64,000 bases of DNA from Octopus vulgaris (lineage: Eukaryota). The DNA lies in contig OX597818.1 in the NCBI GenBank assembly GCA_951406725.2, positions 33,108,001 to 33,172,000 on the forward strand, in the 5' to 3' direction. The position numbers and the translations under genes are program-made. The notes beneath the pieces were generated by a model. That model was not told where the DNA came from, made no database searches, and was given only the letters and a program-made list of their open reading frames with translations. This document shows, one piece after another, positions 43,236 to 56,760 of the stretch (the first letter of the stretch is position 1; each line of letters starts with the position of its first letter).

Positions 43236-45068
43236 TACATACATATCGAGCTACATATTTAATTCTGTATGTGTAGAATACATATGCACACATTAACACA
43301 CACATACATATATACATATAGATATATAAAGAGAAACAAAGAAACAAAGAAAGTGTGGTTGAAAAGTTAAATACATTGGTAGGGAGGCAAAGGATGAAAA
43401 CAAAGCGATTTAGATTTAGATAGAGAGATTAACTGATTGATTGATTGACTGATTGAGTAATATTACGCTATGTGTATAGGCTGGGATTTAGGAAAATCAA
43501 TTGATACTTAGGTAGATAGGTTATGAATAAATTTGACACGAATATTTATTCAAATATTCTTTGATCATCTAAAATTCCTTATAGCAGGTCAACTAATATC
43601 GAATATTTCTGCAATACACAATAAAACAGCAATCTACTATTTCCGTTGAGATTTCATTGTTTCACTAGGAAAGATATTGGTTACCACAAATTCATTGTTT
43701 ATTGTATTGATCTGTTTATTATATTCTAAGACGCTGAACTGCTAAACGTATCCATTCGGTAGATGAGAAGAGGGAATTATAACATGGTAACGAGTATGAA
43801 TACATGACCGTTTCATACAAGAAGTATAGAAAATATTCAATCATATTCTCTCATGTCATGTATTGTAAATCGTATCGTTTTCATATATTTCCCCGCAAAC
43901 ATGTAGAAGAGAGAACAAACTTCAGTTGACCAACGTAATCTATAAATTTGACTTTAAAATTGAAAGTTATAAACTTCAAGACTCCGACTGTTACATTCGC
44001 AAATTGTAATACAACAGTATCTAGTTGGTTCTCCATGCACTTACATTAAGGAACAATCGTAAAACAATATACAACTCACCATTAACGAAGTTAGATGGAA
44101 AACTACCGAAAGGTTAATACTTGCGTACACTTTAACATAACTGACAATATAGAATATTAATGATGGAAGACATACTCATACAGCAACATTTATGCCAAAA
44201 TAAACACAACCAACACATAAATATTTTAACTCGTGGCTACGAACATGAAAACTTAAAGCTCCAAAAATGATCACAACAAAAGTAATTAATACGTGATTGC
44301 TGACCTGAAGACTTACCGATCAAAAACATTTGGTAAGCAAGTGTTCAAAATTTTGACTATTATTATAAAATTCTACGCGGACGCCAAATTTTTTGCAGCT
44401 GATGAACATAAGATTGAAATCCTGAACGCGTTGAAAAGAAATTTAGGAAAATATTGTTCCAAACTACCTGTAAGAAACTGACACGAAAGCATGAAAGTAT
44501 CTGCGATTTAAAGTCTAGAAATGAAACACATTTTTATGTAGTTTTTGTCGGCCAACTTACCTTTGAACGGCTTTATGGCCAGAGTATATACAAAAAATAC
44601 GCAGTCAGATTGAATACGAAGTATTCGTAAACTTATTAACCTCGCAAATATACATGCATCGCTGTTAACTTTTATTTCATGGCAATTTCTCTGGTATTTG
44701 AATTCAGTTCAAGAGTTGGTTTCTGAATGAGATACAATCTTTTTTCTTTTTTTAGCAACTAACATTAATATGTCATTTACAATATAACTCACATTTTTAC
44801 ATTTATTAAGTCAATTTCACAACGAATTTCAATAAAACAATCGTTAGAAAATATAGAAGAATGAAAAGAAGTAGAAAATATTCTGAGTTAGCGAACGTGT
44901 TGCATATAAAGCACGAATTTAATAACTCGCAAAGAATAATGTAAAGAAATTAAATTGTTATAAATTTGAATTTTAAATCTAAACTCCAAGAAGACACGAT
45001 GACACGGAAAAGAAAATCTTAGAATTTCAGGGAATCATAAATCCAAAGTCTATTAACAAGACAGAAAT

Positions 45069-45132
<64 letters not shown>

Positions 45133-45219
45133 GCATAATTATTACGATTTTTTTTCAACAAATTTTGTTCAACATACGTTAACTTGAACATACGTAACAA
45201 ATAAGTAACAAATATAGAT

Positions 45220-45433
45220 TTCAAATTTGGCTACAAGGCCGGTATTTTGAGGGTAGGAGATAAGTCGATTATACATCGAACCCCAGTGCTCAACAGATAC
45301 TGATTTTATCGACCCCGAAAGGATGATATCCCAAGTCGACCTCGGTGCAATGTGAACTCAGACTATAAAGAGGGGCGAAATGCCCCTAAGCATTTTGCCA
45401 GCCATGCTAACGATTCGGCCAGCATGCCGCCTT
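45220..45433 (-). mobile_element. SINE family A (diverged)
   Basis: ATCGACCCCGAAAGGATG..GTCGACCTCGG..GCTAACGATTC. More degraded copies lie at ~355-560, ~1230-1370, ~6780-6985, ~24985-25135 and ~60930-61075. Confidence 0.75.
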
Positions 45434-45525
45434 AGCACAAACGAAATATTAAAAAGTACAGTGTTACATAACCTCTCTCTTTGTCTCTGTCTCTGTCTCT
45501 CCTCCCCCCCCTCTCTCTCTCTCTT

Positions 45526-45578
<53 letters not shown>

Positions 45579-45665
45579 CTGTATAAAACACACACATACA
45601 TATATACATATATATACATAATATATATATATATATATATATATATACCAAATATATATATATAT

Positions 45666-45713
<48 letters not shown>

Positions 45714-46013
45714 CAAAATATAGATGCGTATATCTTCGTGTGAATAAGATGGAAAACAAAAACATGGAAAAGCAAACCAAAAACAAGTAAAAAAAAATAC
45801 AGTGCATGAACGATAACAAATATCTGAAAAGTATGTAACATCTGCAAGTGTGTATATGGTTGGGGAGTCTAGTCTATGACCCATTCATCCTACTCTACAC
45901 ACCCTACAGCCGAGAAAATAAACGGCTGTGCATTCTACGACACAAGTTTTCTACATGGCTGGACTACAATGTAGGTTTTCCTTATGGATATCTAAATATT
46001 TTCAATACGGCAC

Positions 46014-46075
<62 letters not shown>

Positions 46076-46177
46076 CACAGACATACACATGCACGCACAC
46101 ACTCACATATATGCACAAACACATTGATACACATAAATTCACGCAAATAAACACACACGCGCGCTTTCATATATATA

Positions 46178-46257
<80 letters not shown>

Positions 46258-46409
46258 TTGTATACATGAATGAGCACACTTATCTGCAAGAACACATTCA
46301 CGCTCCTATAATCTTTAAAAAAAGATCAGCATGGGCGGGGTGAAGAGCTAAATAAGTAAAACAACAAAAACAACACTAACAACAAAAGAATAATGGAAAC
46401 TATCTGAAG

Positions 46410-46418
46410 ATCCTGATG

Positions 46419-46473
<55 letters not shown>

Positions 46474-46695
46474 GGAGGATGATGATGATGTTGATGATGG
46501 TGCAGTGGTGGTGGTGGTGATGGTGATGGTGGTAGTGGAAGTGATGGTGATTGTAGAGGTGCTGGTGGGGATGAGGAGGATAAGAAGGAAGAAGAGGAGG
46601 ATTATGACGGCGATGACAATGATGATGGTGCTATTAGTGAGTGTGTTGATAGACAAGTATGTGGGGGGTAGTACTGAAATTAATGATAACGATGT

Positions 46696-46726
<31 letters not shown>

Positions 46727-47067
46727 TGTGACGGTAATAACGATGATGATGATGATGATGAAAATGGCGACGACGATGAGGAATAATACCTAGTAGGTTA
46801 TGAATGTTTAAGAAGATGGTGATGATTGAGAGGAAACGGTGAGGATGCTGCTGCTGCATGTGTTGCTGTTGCTGCTGCTGCTGTTGCTGCTGCTGATGAT
46901 GATGGTGGTGGTGGTGGTGGTGGTGGTGGTGGTGGCGGTAATGATGATGATGGTTATGATGATGATGAGGATGATGATGGTGGTGGTGGTGATGGTGATG
47001 ATGATGGTGATGATGATGGTGATGATGATGATGAGGAGGATGATGATGATGAGGATTGTGATGGTGG

Positions 47068-47114
<47 letters not shown>

Positions 47115-47118
47115 GTGG

Positions 47119-47157
<39 letters not shown>

Positions 47158-47210
47158 GGATCATGATGATGGTGATGATGATGATGATGATGATGAGGAG
47201 GAGGATGAAG
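46410..47210 (+). repeat. (GAT)n/(GGT)n/(GCT)n low-complexity tract
   Basis: Direct reading of the sequence. Confidence 0.95.
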
Positions 47211-47392
47211 ACAACACAATGAAGCTGAATTTGGTGACAGCATACGCCCGATCCCGAATTTATGACAAATGACTACAAAGATGCGTTTCTAGCACGAACC
47301 GGTGACGACCAAAATCACTACTATAAGAGAGGAGAAGAACGAAACAAAACAACCGAACAGCAAAACTGTAGAACAAAAAAAAAAAAAACAAA

Positions 47393-47423
<31 letters not shown>

Positions 47424-47922
47424 ACAATAAAACAAAACAAAAACTAGAACACAGCAACTAATCTCAAAAAAACAATATATAAAAATTGGCGTAAATTTGA
47501 GCAAGAGAACACTAACTACGCATGACAAGTTCATTGGATTCCTTGCTCTTTTTACGAGAAGTTGTGTTAAGAAACACTGACATGCAAAAATTCTTTGACC
47601 CGTCTTGCGAATTGGTAACTAAATGCTGACACGAAACGAATGCCAGAAAATTTAGAAATAGAAATAATGGAAGGCGTTCTCCGCTTCGCCACATCTTGCA
47701 TGATTATCCGTCTTTTCCGTAAATACACATACGCGAACACACGCACGCACGCACAGAGAGGCACACAGACACACACAAACAAACACCACGCATCCACATA
47801 CATTCATACATACATACATAAATATATATATATATACATAGACGCATATATTTATGAACATTTATATATAATATATATACTCACACACATATGCATACAC
47901 ACACCACACATCTACATACATT

Positions 47923-47980
<58 letters not shown>

Positions 47981-47999
47981 GAACATATATAACACCACG

Positions 48000-48045
<46 letters not shown>

Positions 48046-48276
48046 CATACATATATACATAAGCAAACACGCAAACATACACAAACACACAAGCATGCAC
48101 GCACACACGCATGCAAACAAACACACACGTTTTTACATAAACGTGTATATAATTTAAAGTTGCTTTTCTTTTCTTTTGGTTTATTTGTGTGTGAGTGTTT
48201 GCTTGTGAGTATGCTTTGAGTTTGTCTGAGTATATATATATACATATATATGTATTTATTCATTTATATATACGTG

Positions 48277-48336
<60 letters not shown>

Positions 48337-48355
48337 CATATACACATAATAGATT

Positions 48356-48708
48356 GGATGCGCAATGGCCCAGTGTTAATGCAGTTTTCATTCCCAGACC
48401 GGGCAATGTGAGTGTTTATTGAACGAAAACACCTAAAGCTCCACAATGCTCCGGCAGGGTGTGGTGGTAAGCACTGCTGTAGTCTTTCAGCACAACTTTC
48501 TTTCACTCTTTATTCCTGTTTCTATAGTACCTGTATTTCAAAGAGCCAGTCTTGTCACACTCTGTGTCATGCTGAATCTCCCCGAGAACTACGTTAAGGG
48601 TACACATGTCTATGGGAGGCTCAGCCACTTGCACGTTAATTTGACGAGCAGGCTATTCCGTCCACCGGATCAACTGGAACCCACGTCGTCGTAACCGACG
48701 GAGTGCCA
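48356..48708 (+). mobile_element. SINE family C variant
   Basis: Same head with a deletion; 3' module contains CTCAGCCACTTGCACGTTAAT, also present at 40546-40565. Confidence 0.75.
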
Positions 48709-48731
48709 CGATATATATAGATACTCACACA

Positions 48732-48807
<76 letters not shown>

Positions 48808-48876
48808 TAAATATATATATATGGATGTATATATACATATATATCTATAATGTGAGTAAAAGTGTACGTGCGTCGC

Positions 48877-48918
<42 letters not shown>

Positions 48919-50189
48919 AATATACACATGTATAAATATACATACACAAGCTTAACCAAACTCTAGCGTTTTTTCCTCCTTATGAGGAATGCCCTATACT
49001 AAATAGACGATTTGAAAAACTTTTAAATAAATAGGTAACTCACCAACTTTTTTTTACAATTATACAAATGTAGTCAACATATAATTGAATAATTAATTCT
49101 AGTTTAGAAAATGTTAATAATGAAAAGATTCAATTAACCAGAAATAACATTATCAATGTCGAATTTTATTAATATTTATACCGAAACTAACAATACCAGA
49201 TTTATATCGCTAAAACTATGTTTTCAAAATGAACTGCACGAATGAAATTATTTTGCGGAATATAAAATTATATAATTAATTATAAAATTATATTTAATAT
49301 GAGAACTTGATGCTAATTATTTGTTTGTGTCTCTAGAGAAATTTTACAGAAGTTAAAATTATTACCTCGGGAATTTCTACGCTGCTAATTTAAATCTTGG
49401 AATATAGCTGATATATTTCATTAATTCATAAGCTTAGAGACTTGGATTCAGTTTAGAATTTCAGCGGTGGTCGTATTTAGTGTGTTTAATCAAACTTAAT
49501 AATGCTATATCAAAATGAACGAATAAAAGTTAATAGCATTAAATTATTATTCAACGCATATACACACACGCTCACAGACATATACGTATGTTTATATGTA
49601 CACACATTCGCGCGCGCGCACACACACACATATATATATAGAGAGAGACATAAACATGTCTACGTATTTGCTTCAAGTTTACAGATCATAAGACTCATTT
49701 TGTAGACAGTCTGAATAAGTCTAATTATAATTTTGTGTAATAAACCGCGACATGTAGCATTTTCAGATTTTGATGTCTCTGTATAAATTCTAGGTCAAGC
49801 ACTAAAAGCTATTACTCAAACACGATCATCAACCGACTTTAGTGAAATGACTTTAGTCAACTGAATTTGATGAGCACTTGTAAGCATTTTCACCTCTATT
49901 TTTATGCTTGGAAATTATAGTAAACAATGCTGATATCCAGGGAAGCCGTCACTGAATGTTTTCATGCAAAGGACGATAGCTATGTCTATCATTCTGCAGT
50001 TGAAATTTACAGAAAAACAAAAGATGAAGACAGGTGTATAAACAGCAAGCAGGTGTATTAGTTTGACGCTCGGGAAATTGAGAAAGTCTTTCAGCAGAAA
50101 AGAACACGAGGAAATAAATAGGGAGAGGATAAAAACAAATTGTGGATTAGAGCGATCAATCATGGCGACTGATCATACATATATATAAT

Positions 50190-50520
50190 ACCGACCTTGT
50201 TAGCAAGTATATAATTGGTGGAATCGTGAACTACCTCATGCTATTACAACAGTGCTGGGCTGGCCATGTTGTCAGAGTGAATGACAAAAGAATACCCAAA
50301 GTCTTCATGTACAGCCAGCTTGATAGTGTTGGTCGATCATGGCTCAAATATAAGGACAAGTTGACGAGTAACCTCTTGGCAATGAAGATCACAACACATT
50401 TGGGCGAACAAAATGGAGATCGATGTATCAAAATAGTATAAGAAGCAGTGTTGCAATCAGCATTAATAGCCTTTGGGCAAAAAAAATGTTTAACTTCTTG
50501 CCTAGGGCGAGCCCACAACA
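50190..50520 (+). mobile_element. RTE-clade LINE fragment
   Basis: 'WAGHVVRVNDKRIPKVFMYSQL..KYKDKL' matches the RTE/BovB-type ORF2 C-terminal pattern. Confidence 0.7.
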
Positions 50521-50587
50521 ATATCACATCTCCACTATTTCAGTATTACGTGTTAAAAGTGAAACAAAAGCATCTCTCTATTGTATG

Positions 50588-50642
<55 letters not shown>

Positions 50643-51223
50643 CTGTATATATATACATGTATATATATATAGCTGTATATGTATACATGTATATGTAAAC
50701 ATGTATGTTTAGATGTATATATAGATGTACATGTAATATGTACATATATATACATGCATACATATATACCCCCCCCCCCCACGCACACACATATATACAT
50801 AGGTGCAGGTGTGGCTGTGTGATAACAAACTTGGTTCCAAAACACATGGTCCTCAGTTGAGTCCTACTGTGTGGTAACTTGGCATGTGTTTTCTGCTATA
50901 GCCTCAGACCAACAAAAGCCCTGTTAGTGGATTTTGTAGACAGAAACTGAAAGAAATCGATTGTATGTATATGTATGAATATATGTAAGTCTATGTGTGT
51001 GTCTTTGTGTTTCTCCTTCATCACTGCTTCACAATTGGTGTTCGTTTATTTACATTCCCATAACTTACTGGCATCACAAGAAGAAACTGATAGAATAAGT
51101 ACCAGGCTTATCAAAATATAAAAAAGCACTAAGCAGTGTCTCATATTTTTGTTTGCCTACTCAGTTGTATCTATCAATTTATCTTTGTGTGTGTGTTTGT
51201 GCATGTGTATGTGTCTATACATA

Positions 51224-53455
51224 TTTTTCTTTTCTTGCTTGTTTCAGCTTAGAGCTGCGGCCATGCTGATGCACCGCCGTTTTGTGCTACACTGTTATTA
51301 CGAAGAACCTCCTCTAATATGTGGCACTTGGTGAAGAATGGAGTTTGACATAGCTACTCTCATTTGCACCTCTTGCCGTGAGGTAGGTTCATCCGGGACT
51401 CTCGACAGGAAGATGTCCAACTTTGATTTAAAAACTGCTACATCTACTTTGTGCAAGTTCCTCAGACACTTTGGGAGAATATAAAAAAGCTGTGGGCCCT
51501 TGAAACCCAGGCTGTTGCAGAAGCTGGTCCTGAAGCGTGATGGCATCGCTGGGATCTTTGGCACTATTCAGTGTCGTCCCGTTCTAGCATTGGTGTAGCT
51601 TACAAAGCCAAAATTTGGCACAATTCCTTCCAGGATCTTCCAGACATATATTACTGCATACGTCTGCCGTCTTCTCTCTAGGGAGTAGAGTCTTAGCTGT
51701 TTCAACCTTTCCCAGTAGCTGAGCTGTTCCCTAGAGACAATCTTCTTTGTGAATCTTCTCTGGATTGCTTCAAGGTCCGCTGTTAACTTTACACTGGAGG
51801 GTGACCATAGCTGTGAGCAGTAATCCAGGTGGCTGAGAACGAATGTCGCCAGAGGACCATCATGGTTTCCTTATCTCTGGTTCTGAATGTTCTTAGGATC
51901 CATCCAGCCAGTCGTCTGCACTTTGTCGCCATCCTGGTAATGTGCACTTGGAAAGAGGTATCATCACTCATGTCGATACCCAGGTCCCTCACAGACTTAG
52001 GCTCCCTGTGGACCGATGTATCCTGTAAGTTTAATATTCAGTTTTGGATGCTGGTGGCGCAGGGCCTGGGATTTTTCAGCATTAAACTGCATATTATTAT
52101 CCTCAACCCATCTGTAGATTGAGTCCAACTCCTGCTGCAGGTGTGCAACATCGCTGGGGTTCTGTATTTTCTGCGAGACTTTCGTATCGTCTGCATAGCT
52201 TGCCAGAGTGGCAATCCGGGCATTTGAGGGCATATCTGAGAGGGCCACTATGAAAAGCAGTGATCCCAAGACAGTGCCCTGTGGAACACCGCTCACTATT
52301 TGTGTGTTCATAGAGGCGGCTCCATTAACCACTACTGACTGACTCCTATCTTTCAGGAAGTCATGTAACCACACTCCAAGTTTTCCAGCTATGCTGAGGT
52401 CACGCAGTTTGTGGCATATCATACCATGATCCACCTTGTGAAAAGCTTTTGCAAAATCAAGGTAGATTACGTCCACATTTGTTGAGTAACTGCCTCAACA
52501 CCCAGTCATAATGTTGTAAGAGCTGGGTCAGGCAGCTCCTACCTAGTCGAAAACCATGCTCAGCAAGTTATTTTCCTCAAGGAATGCGATTAGTTTCTTT
52601 CTGACTATCCGTTCCAAGACTTTGCATATGTGTGAAGTCAGAGAGATAGGCCTATAGTTTTTGGCATCTGCTCTACTTCCCCCTTTATGTATTGGGCATA
52701 TTATTCCTTCCTTCAGCTTGCTTGGCAGTTTGCCATTCGCAACAAAGCTCTGGAAGAGAATCTTGAGGGGTTCCTTTGTCTGCTTTCTCCCTCACATAGG
52801 ATTGTTATAGCCTTTTTTCGATCTCCATCAGTGTTGTTTTTAGGCGGGACGTTTCGCTACTTTTGGGATGTTGGTTGAGAAGATTTGCAACCTCCGTCCG
52901 TCGTCTCATGAGGATCTTCCTGTCTCTTGGAATCTTGCTCCTATTTGTTTTGGCCCTGTGCTCTGGGACATATTTCTGGCATACGGCTTGCACAGAAGAC
53001 ATGAAACATTCTAGTTTCATGTCAATGTCTGGTGGAGAGACATTCCGGCCAGTCCTCTCTGAGGATCTCTTTTTGGATCGATTTCCAATCTGCTTAGTGG
53101 AAGTTCAGATTGGAGAGATTTTGGGTGCTTCCTTTAGGCTGTTTATCTCTGGTTACTTTTGGCCCAAACATAGACAGCTCTATTATGTTGTGATCCGAAA
53201 CTAATGTCGGTGTCACTTTCACATCATGAATGATGTCCATATTGTTCGTGAAGCAGAGATCCAGAATGTTATTTGCCCTAGTTGGTTTGAGTATAACTTG
53301 CTCCATGAATAAGGCGTTGGTGAGGTTGAGCAGGGACTCCACCAGTACTTGCTTGCAATGATTCATTCCTGAGAGTATGAGACCTTCAGGCCATTTGACG
53401 TTGGGGTAGTTGAAATCACCCATAAGAAATATGGTCACGTGGTGTTCCAGATTCA
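51224..53455 (-). mobile_element. 5'-truncated, internally deleted CR1/L2-group LINE (APE C-terminus, RT, 3' tail); pseudogenised
   Basis: APE motifs 'MGDFNYP..W', 'KPTRANNILDLCFTN', 'SDHNII'. RT motifs 'YLDFAKAFHKVDH', 'SGVPQGTVLG', 'YADDTK'. C-terminal 'GPQLF.ILP..LR'. Multiple frameshifts. Confidence 0.92.
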
Positions 53456-53459
53456 TATG

Positions 53460-53544
<85 letters not shown>

Positions 53545-53546
<2 letters not shown>

Positions 53547-54063
53547 CATAGTTCTTGAACCGGTACTTCAAGTGACGGCTAGGGTAGGGTAACTGACTGC
53601 TTATTGTGATCATTCGTCTTTTGGTTTCCTGTAGCTTTCCTCCCTTTACAAACCCAGTGAACATACATTTACTATTTCAAAAAAATTCAAACAATACATA
53701 TAAGACCCAAGTTAAAAAGATTTTCAACAATTCAACTTCTCTGGTTGACATTAAGATGCCCACCCCCAACAGGGGCTTTAACTCTCACATTTTAGAGCTC
53801 CATGACCTTCATTTTTTCAGAGCAAAATCTTTTTAACAGGTTCAATAACACTGGAATTTTGGAATATGCGCATAAAAATCAGTAGTATGGGATACATGTG
53901 GCACGATTACAAATTTTGTAGGGTGTGTACAGAGGGAAAGAACCCTCACCTGCAATTTTGATGAAATTCGAAACATAGATATTCCAGTTCATTACAGAAA
54001 ATATAACAGAAACGTCTAATTCTTCAATTGAATGTAACTGGGCAACGCCGGGTATCTCTGCTA

Positions 54064-54066
<3 letters not shown>
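53545..54066 (-). mobile_element. Possible non-autonomous Helitron-like element
   Basis: Minus strand begins TACTAGCAGAGATACCCGGCGTTGCCC next to (TA)n, resembling the 5' end of such elements. Confidence 0.35.
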
Positions 54067-54123
<57 letters not shown>

Positions 54124-54342
54124 ATATAGGGTGGCAAAAAATTTCGTAGAATTCTTTTGCCACCAGCGGCCTAGTGGGAAAAAATTAAATAGTCATAGAC
54201 CATTTATAAATTCAACAGCAAAATCAAGGAACGGCCATAATAGGCCATTCACCCACTAGAAATAACAGCCAAAGCTTCAACCGCAAAACAACATTAATTC
54301 CGCAAACCAGGAGAAAATTAAAAAAAAAACCTTTACCCTGTA

Positions 54343-54449
54343 GTTCCTTATACGATGCACCGTTTCATCTATTGTTTAATGGTAAACTAACCTGATTAAA
54401 TTAAATCAAGCTAGTCTTCCATAGGCCGATAGATTCGTCAGTAAAGAAC
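54343..54449 (-). ncRNA. Type I hammerhead ribozyme (mirror copy in left arm)
   Basis: Reverse complement of 55105-55211. Confidence 0.85.
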
Positions 54450-55104
54450 AGCCAGATCGGAGCAGATATTTACACGAGGCACTTCTATCACTGTCTCGGC
54501 AATATCTGACCTAAAATTTTCAAATCATCGCACTCGCGCCAAATTTATCGGCAGCAAATATAAGCCGCCGATTCCATTACGGAATTAACCAGAAAATTCA
54601 TAATTAATCAATATAGGGTGGCAAAAAATTTCGTAGAATTCTTTTGCCACCAGCGGCCTAGTGGGAAAAAATTAAATAGTCATAGACCATTTATAAATTC
54701 AACAGCAAAATCAAGGAACGGCCATAATAGGCCATTCACCCACTAGAAATAACAGCCAAAGCTTCAACCGCAAAACAACATTAATTCCGCAGCTTTGGCT
54801 GTTATTTCTAGTGGGTGAATGGCCTATTATGGCCGTTCCTTGATTTTGCTGTTGAATTTATAAATGGTCTATGACTATTTAATTTTTTCCCACTAGGCCG
54901 CTGGTGGCAAAAGAATTCTACGAAATTTTTTGCCACCCTATATTGATTAATTATGAATTTTCTGGTTAATTCCGTAATGGAATCGGCGGCTTATATTTGC
55001 TGCCGATAAATTTGGCGCGAGTGCGATGATTTGAAAATTTTAGGTCAGATATTGCCGAGACAGTGATAGAAGTGCCTCGTGTAAATATCTGCTCCGATCT
55101 GGCT

Positions 55105-55211
55105 GTTCTTTACTGACGAATCTATCGGCCTATGGAAGACTAGCTTGATTTAATTTAATCAGGTTAGTTTACCATTAAACAATAGATGAAACGGTGCATC
55201 GTATAAGGAAC
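55105..55211 (+). ncRNA. Type I hammerhead ribozyme with extended stem II
   Basis: Stem I GTTCTTTA (55105-12) / TAAGGAAC (55204-11). Core CTGACGA (55113-19). Stem II ATCTAT (55120-25) / ATAGAT (55182-87), extended by ATGG/CCAT and AGACTAGCTTGATT/AATCAGGTTAGTTT. GAAA (55188-91). Stem III ACGGTGCATCGT. GUA cleavage triplet, predicted cut after 55203. Confidence 0.85.
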
Positions 55212-55332
55212 TACAGGGTAAAGGTTTTTTTAATTTTCTCCTGGTTTGCGGAATTAATGTTGTTTTGCGGTTGAAGCTTTGGCTGTTATTTCTAGTGGGT
55301 GAATGGCCTATTATGGCCGTTCCTTGATTTTG

Positions 55333-55383
<51 letters not shown>

Positions 55384-55394
55384 TAGATAGATAG

Positions 55395-55458
<64 letters not shown>

Positions 55459-55768
55459 TCATATATATAAATAAAGACTATTTGCCAAGATTGTTACTAT
55501 TGTCTAGTCTCAGGAAACATTGTCCTTATATTTTCGAACAGGGCATCCAGCACCCCATCCAGCACAAATCAACATGTGTGGACCTGTTTCTGTCTTACTG
55601 TTCTTTATCAACACAGAGTAGCTGTTTGGCTAGGTGGCGTTAATGAATTCCTGTTCGAAAATATACAGTTTTCAAAGTGACACACAGAGACACTGATCTA
55701 ATAAACAGAAACATTATTATTTCTAAATCTTTCAAAGAAAGATATTCAGTAACAATTCTTTAAAGTAA

Positions 55769-55973
<205 letters not shown>

Positions 55974-56340
55974 GTATATAGAAAACCGATTTCTTCGTTC
56001 CTGTAGTTTATAACAGAAGAGAAAAAATTTCCCAAGCAGCTTTTAGTACAGACGTGGAAATGCAGACCTCTAGTTGCACAATTAAATCTGTATCTCCAAA
56101 TTTTCGTGATCACGACATTGGTTAGGGAAAAAAACTATAGTGCACATGTAGTGCATTCATGCTTCTGAGAGAACAATTCTATTTCCGGTAACCAAGCACA
56201 TGATCAAAAAGCCTGAATCTGAAAGGTCTCTAGAATTTACAGGAGAGCGCATATGTTTTATGCAAATGATGTAACAAGAGCTACGAAACAATTTTCTCTA
56301 GATGAATTGTGGTGCACTCATATACCATAAATATACAATA

Positions 56341-56514
56341 TAGGCACAGGAGTGGCTGTGTGGTAAGTAGCTTGCTAACCAACCACATGATTCCGGGTTC
56401 AGTCCCACTGCGTGGGCATCTTGGACAAGTGTCTTCTGCTATAGCCCCGGGCCGACCAATGCCTTGTGAGTGGATTTGGTAGACGGAAACTGAAAGAAGC
56501 CTGTCGTATATATG

Positions 56515-56547
<33 letters not shown>

Positions 56548-56760
56548 GTGTTTGTGTGTCTGTGTTTGTCCCCCTAGCATTGCTTGACAACCGATGCTTG
56601 TGTGATTACGTCCCTGTCACTTAGCGGTTCGGCAAAAGAGACCGATAGAATAAGTACTGGGCTTACAAAGAATAAGTCCTGTGGTCGAATTGCTGGACTA
56701 AAGGCGGTGTTCCAACATGGCCGCAGTCAACTGACTGAAACAAGTAAAAGAGTAAAGAGT
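56341..56760 (+). mobile_element. SINE family B, full length
   Basis: A box TGGCTGTGTGG, B box GGTTCAGTCCC, tail ending (AAAGAGT)2. Confidence 0.9.

Larger units (their letters stand above)
54123..55334. mobile_element. Fold-back element made of a 487-bp unit carrying hammerhead ribozymes (retrozyme or Penelope-like pLTR type), inserted in (TA)n
   Basis: AATATAGGGTGGCAAAA starts at 54123 and again at 54610 (period 487; direct repeat continues to ~54790). 54217-54763 is the reverse complement of 54791-55334, with a 27-nt spacer; the only difference I see is an A10 vs T7 run. Pure (TA)n flanks both sides. No ORF. Confidence 0.85.

Noticed and set aside
44399-44430. CTGATGA...GAAA motif (similar partial motifs at ~10815, 12464 and 36416)
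   Set aside because: No supporting stems I-III, so these are chance matches.
46348-47272. Poly-Asp/His/Met ORFs resembling acidic or His-rich proteins
   Set aside because: The (GAT)n tract is open in multiple frames, with no splice or composition evidence for a real protein.
54123-55334. Reading the palindrome as a DNA-transposon MITE or CRISPR-like array
   Set aside because: The arms are asymmetric (the left extends 94 bp further), are built from a permuted tandem unit and contain ribozymes; there is no repeat-spacer structure.
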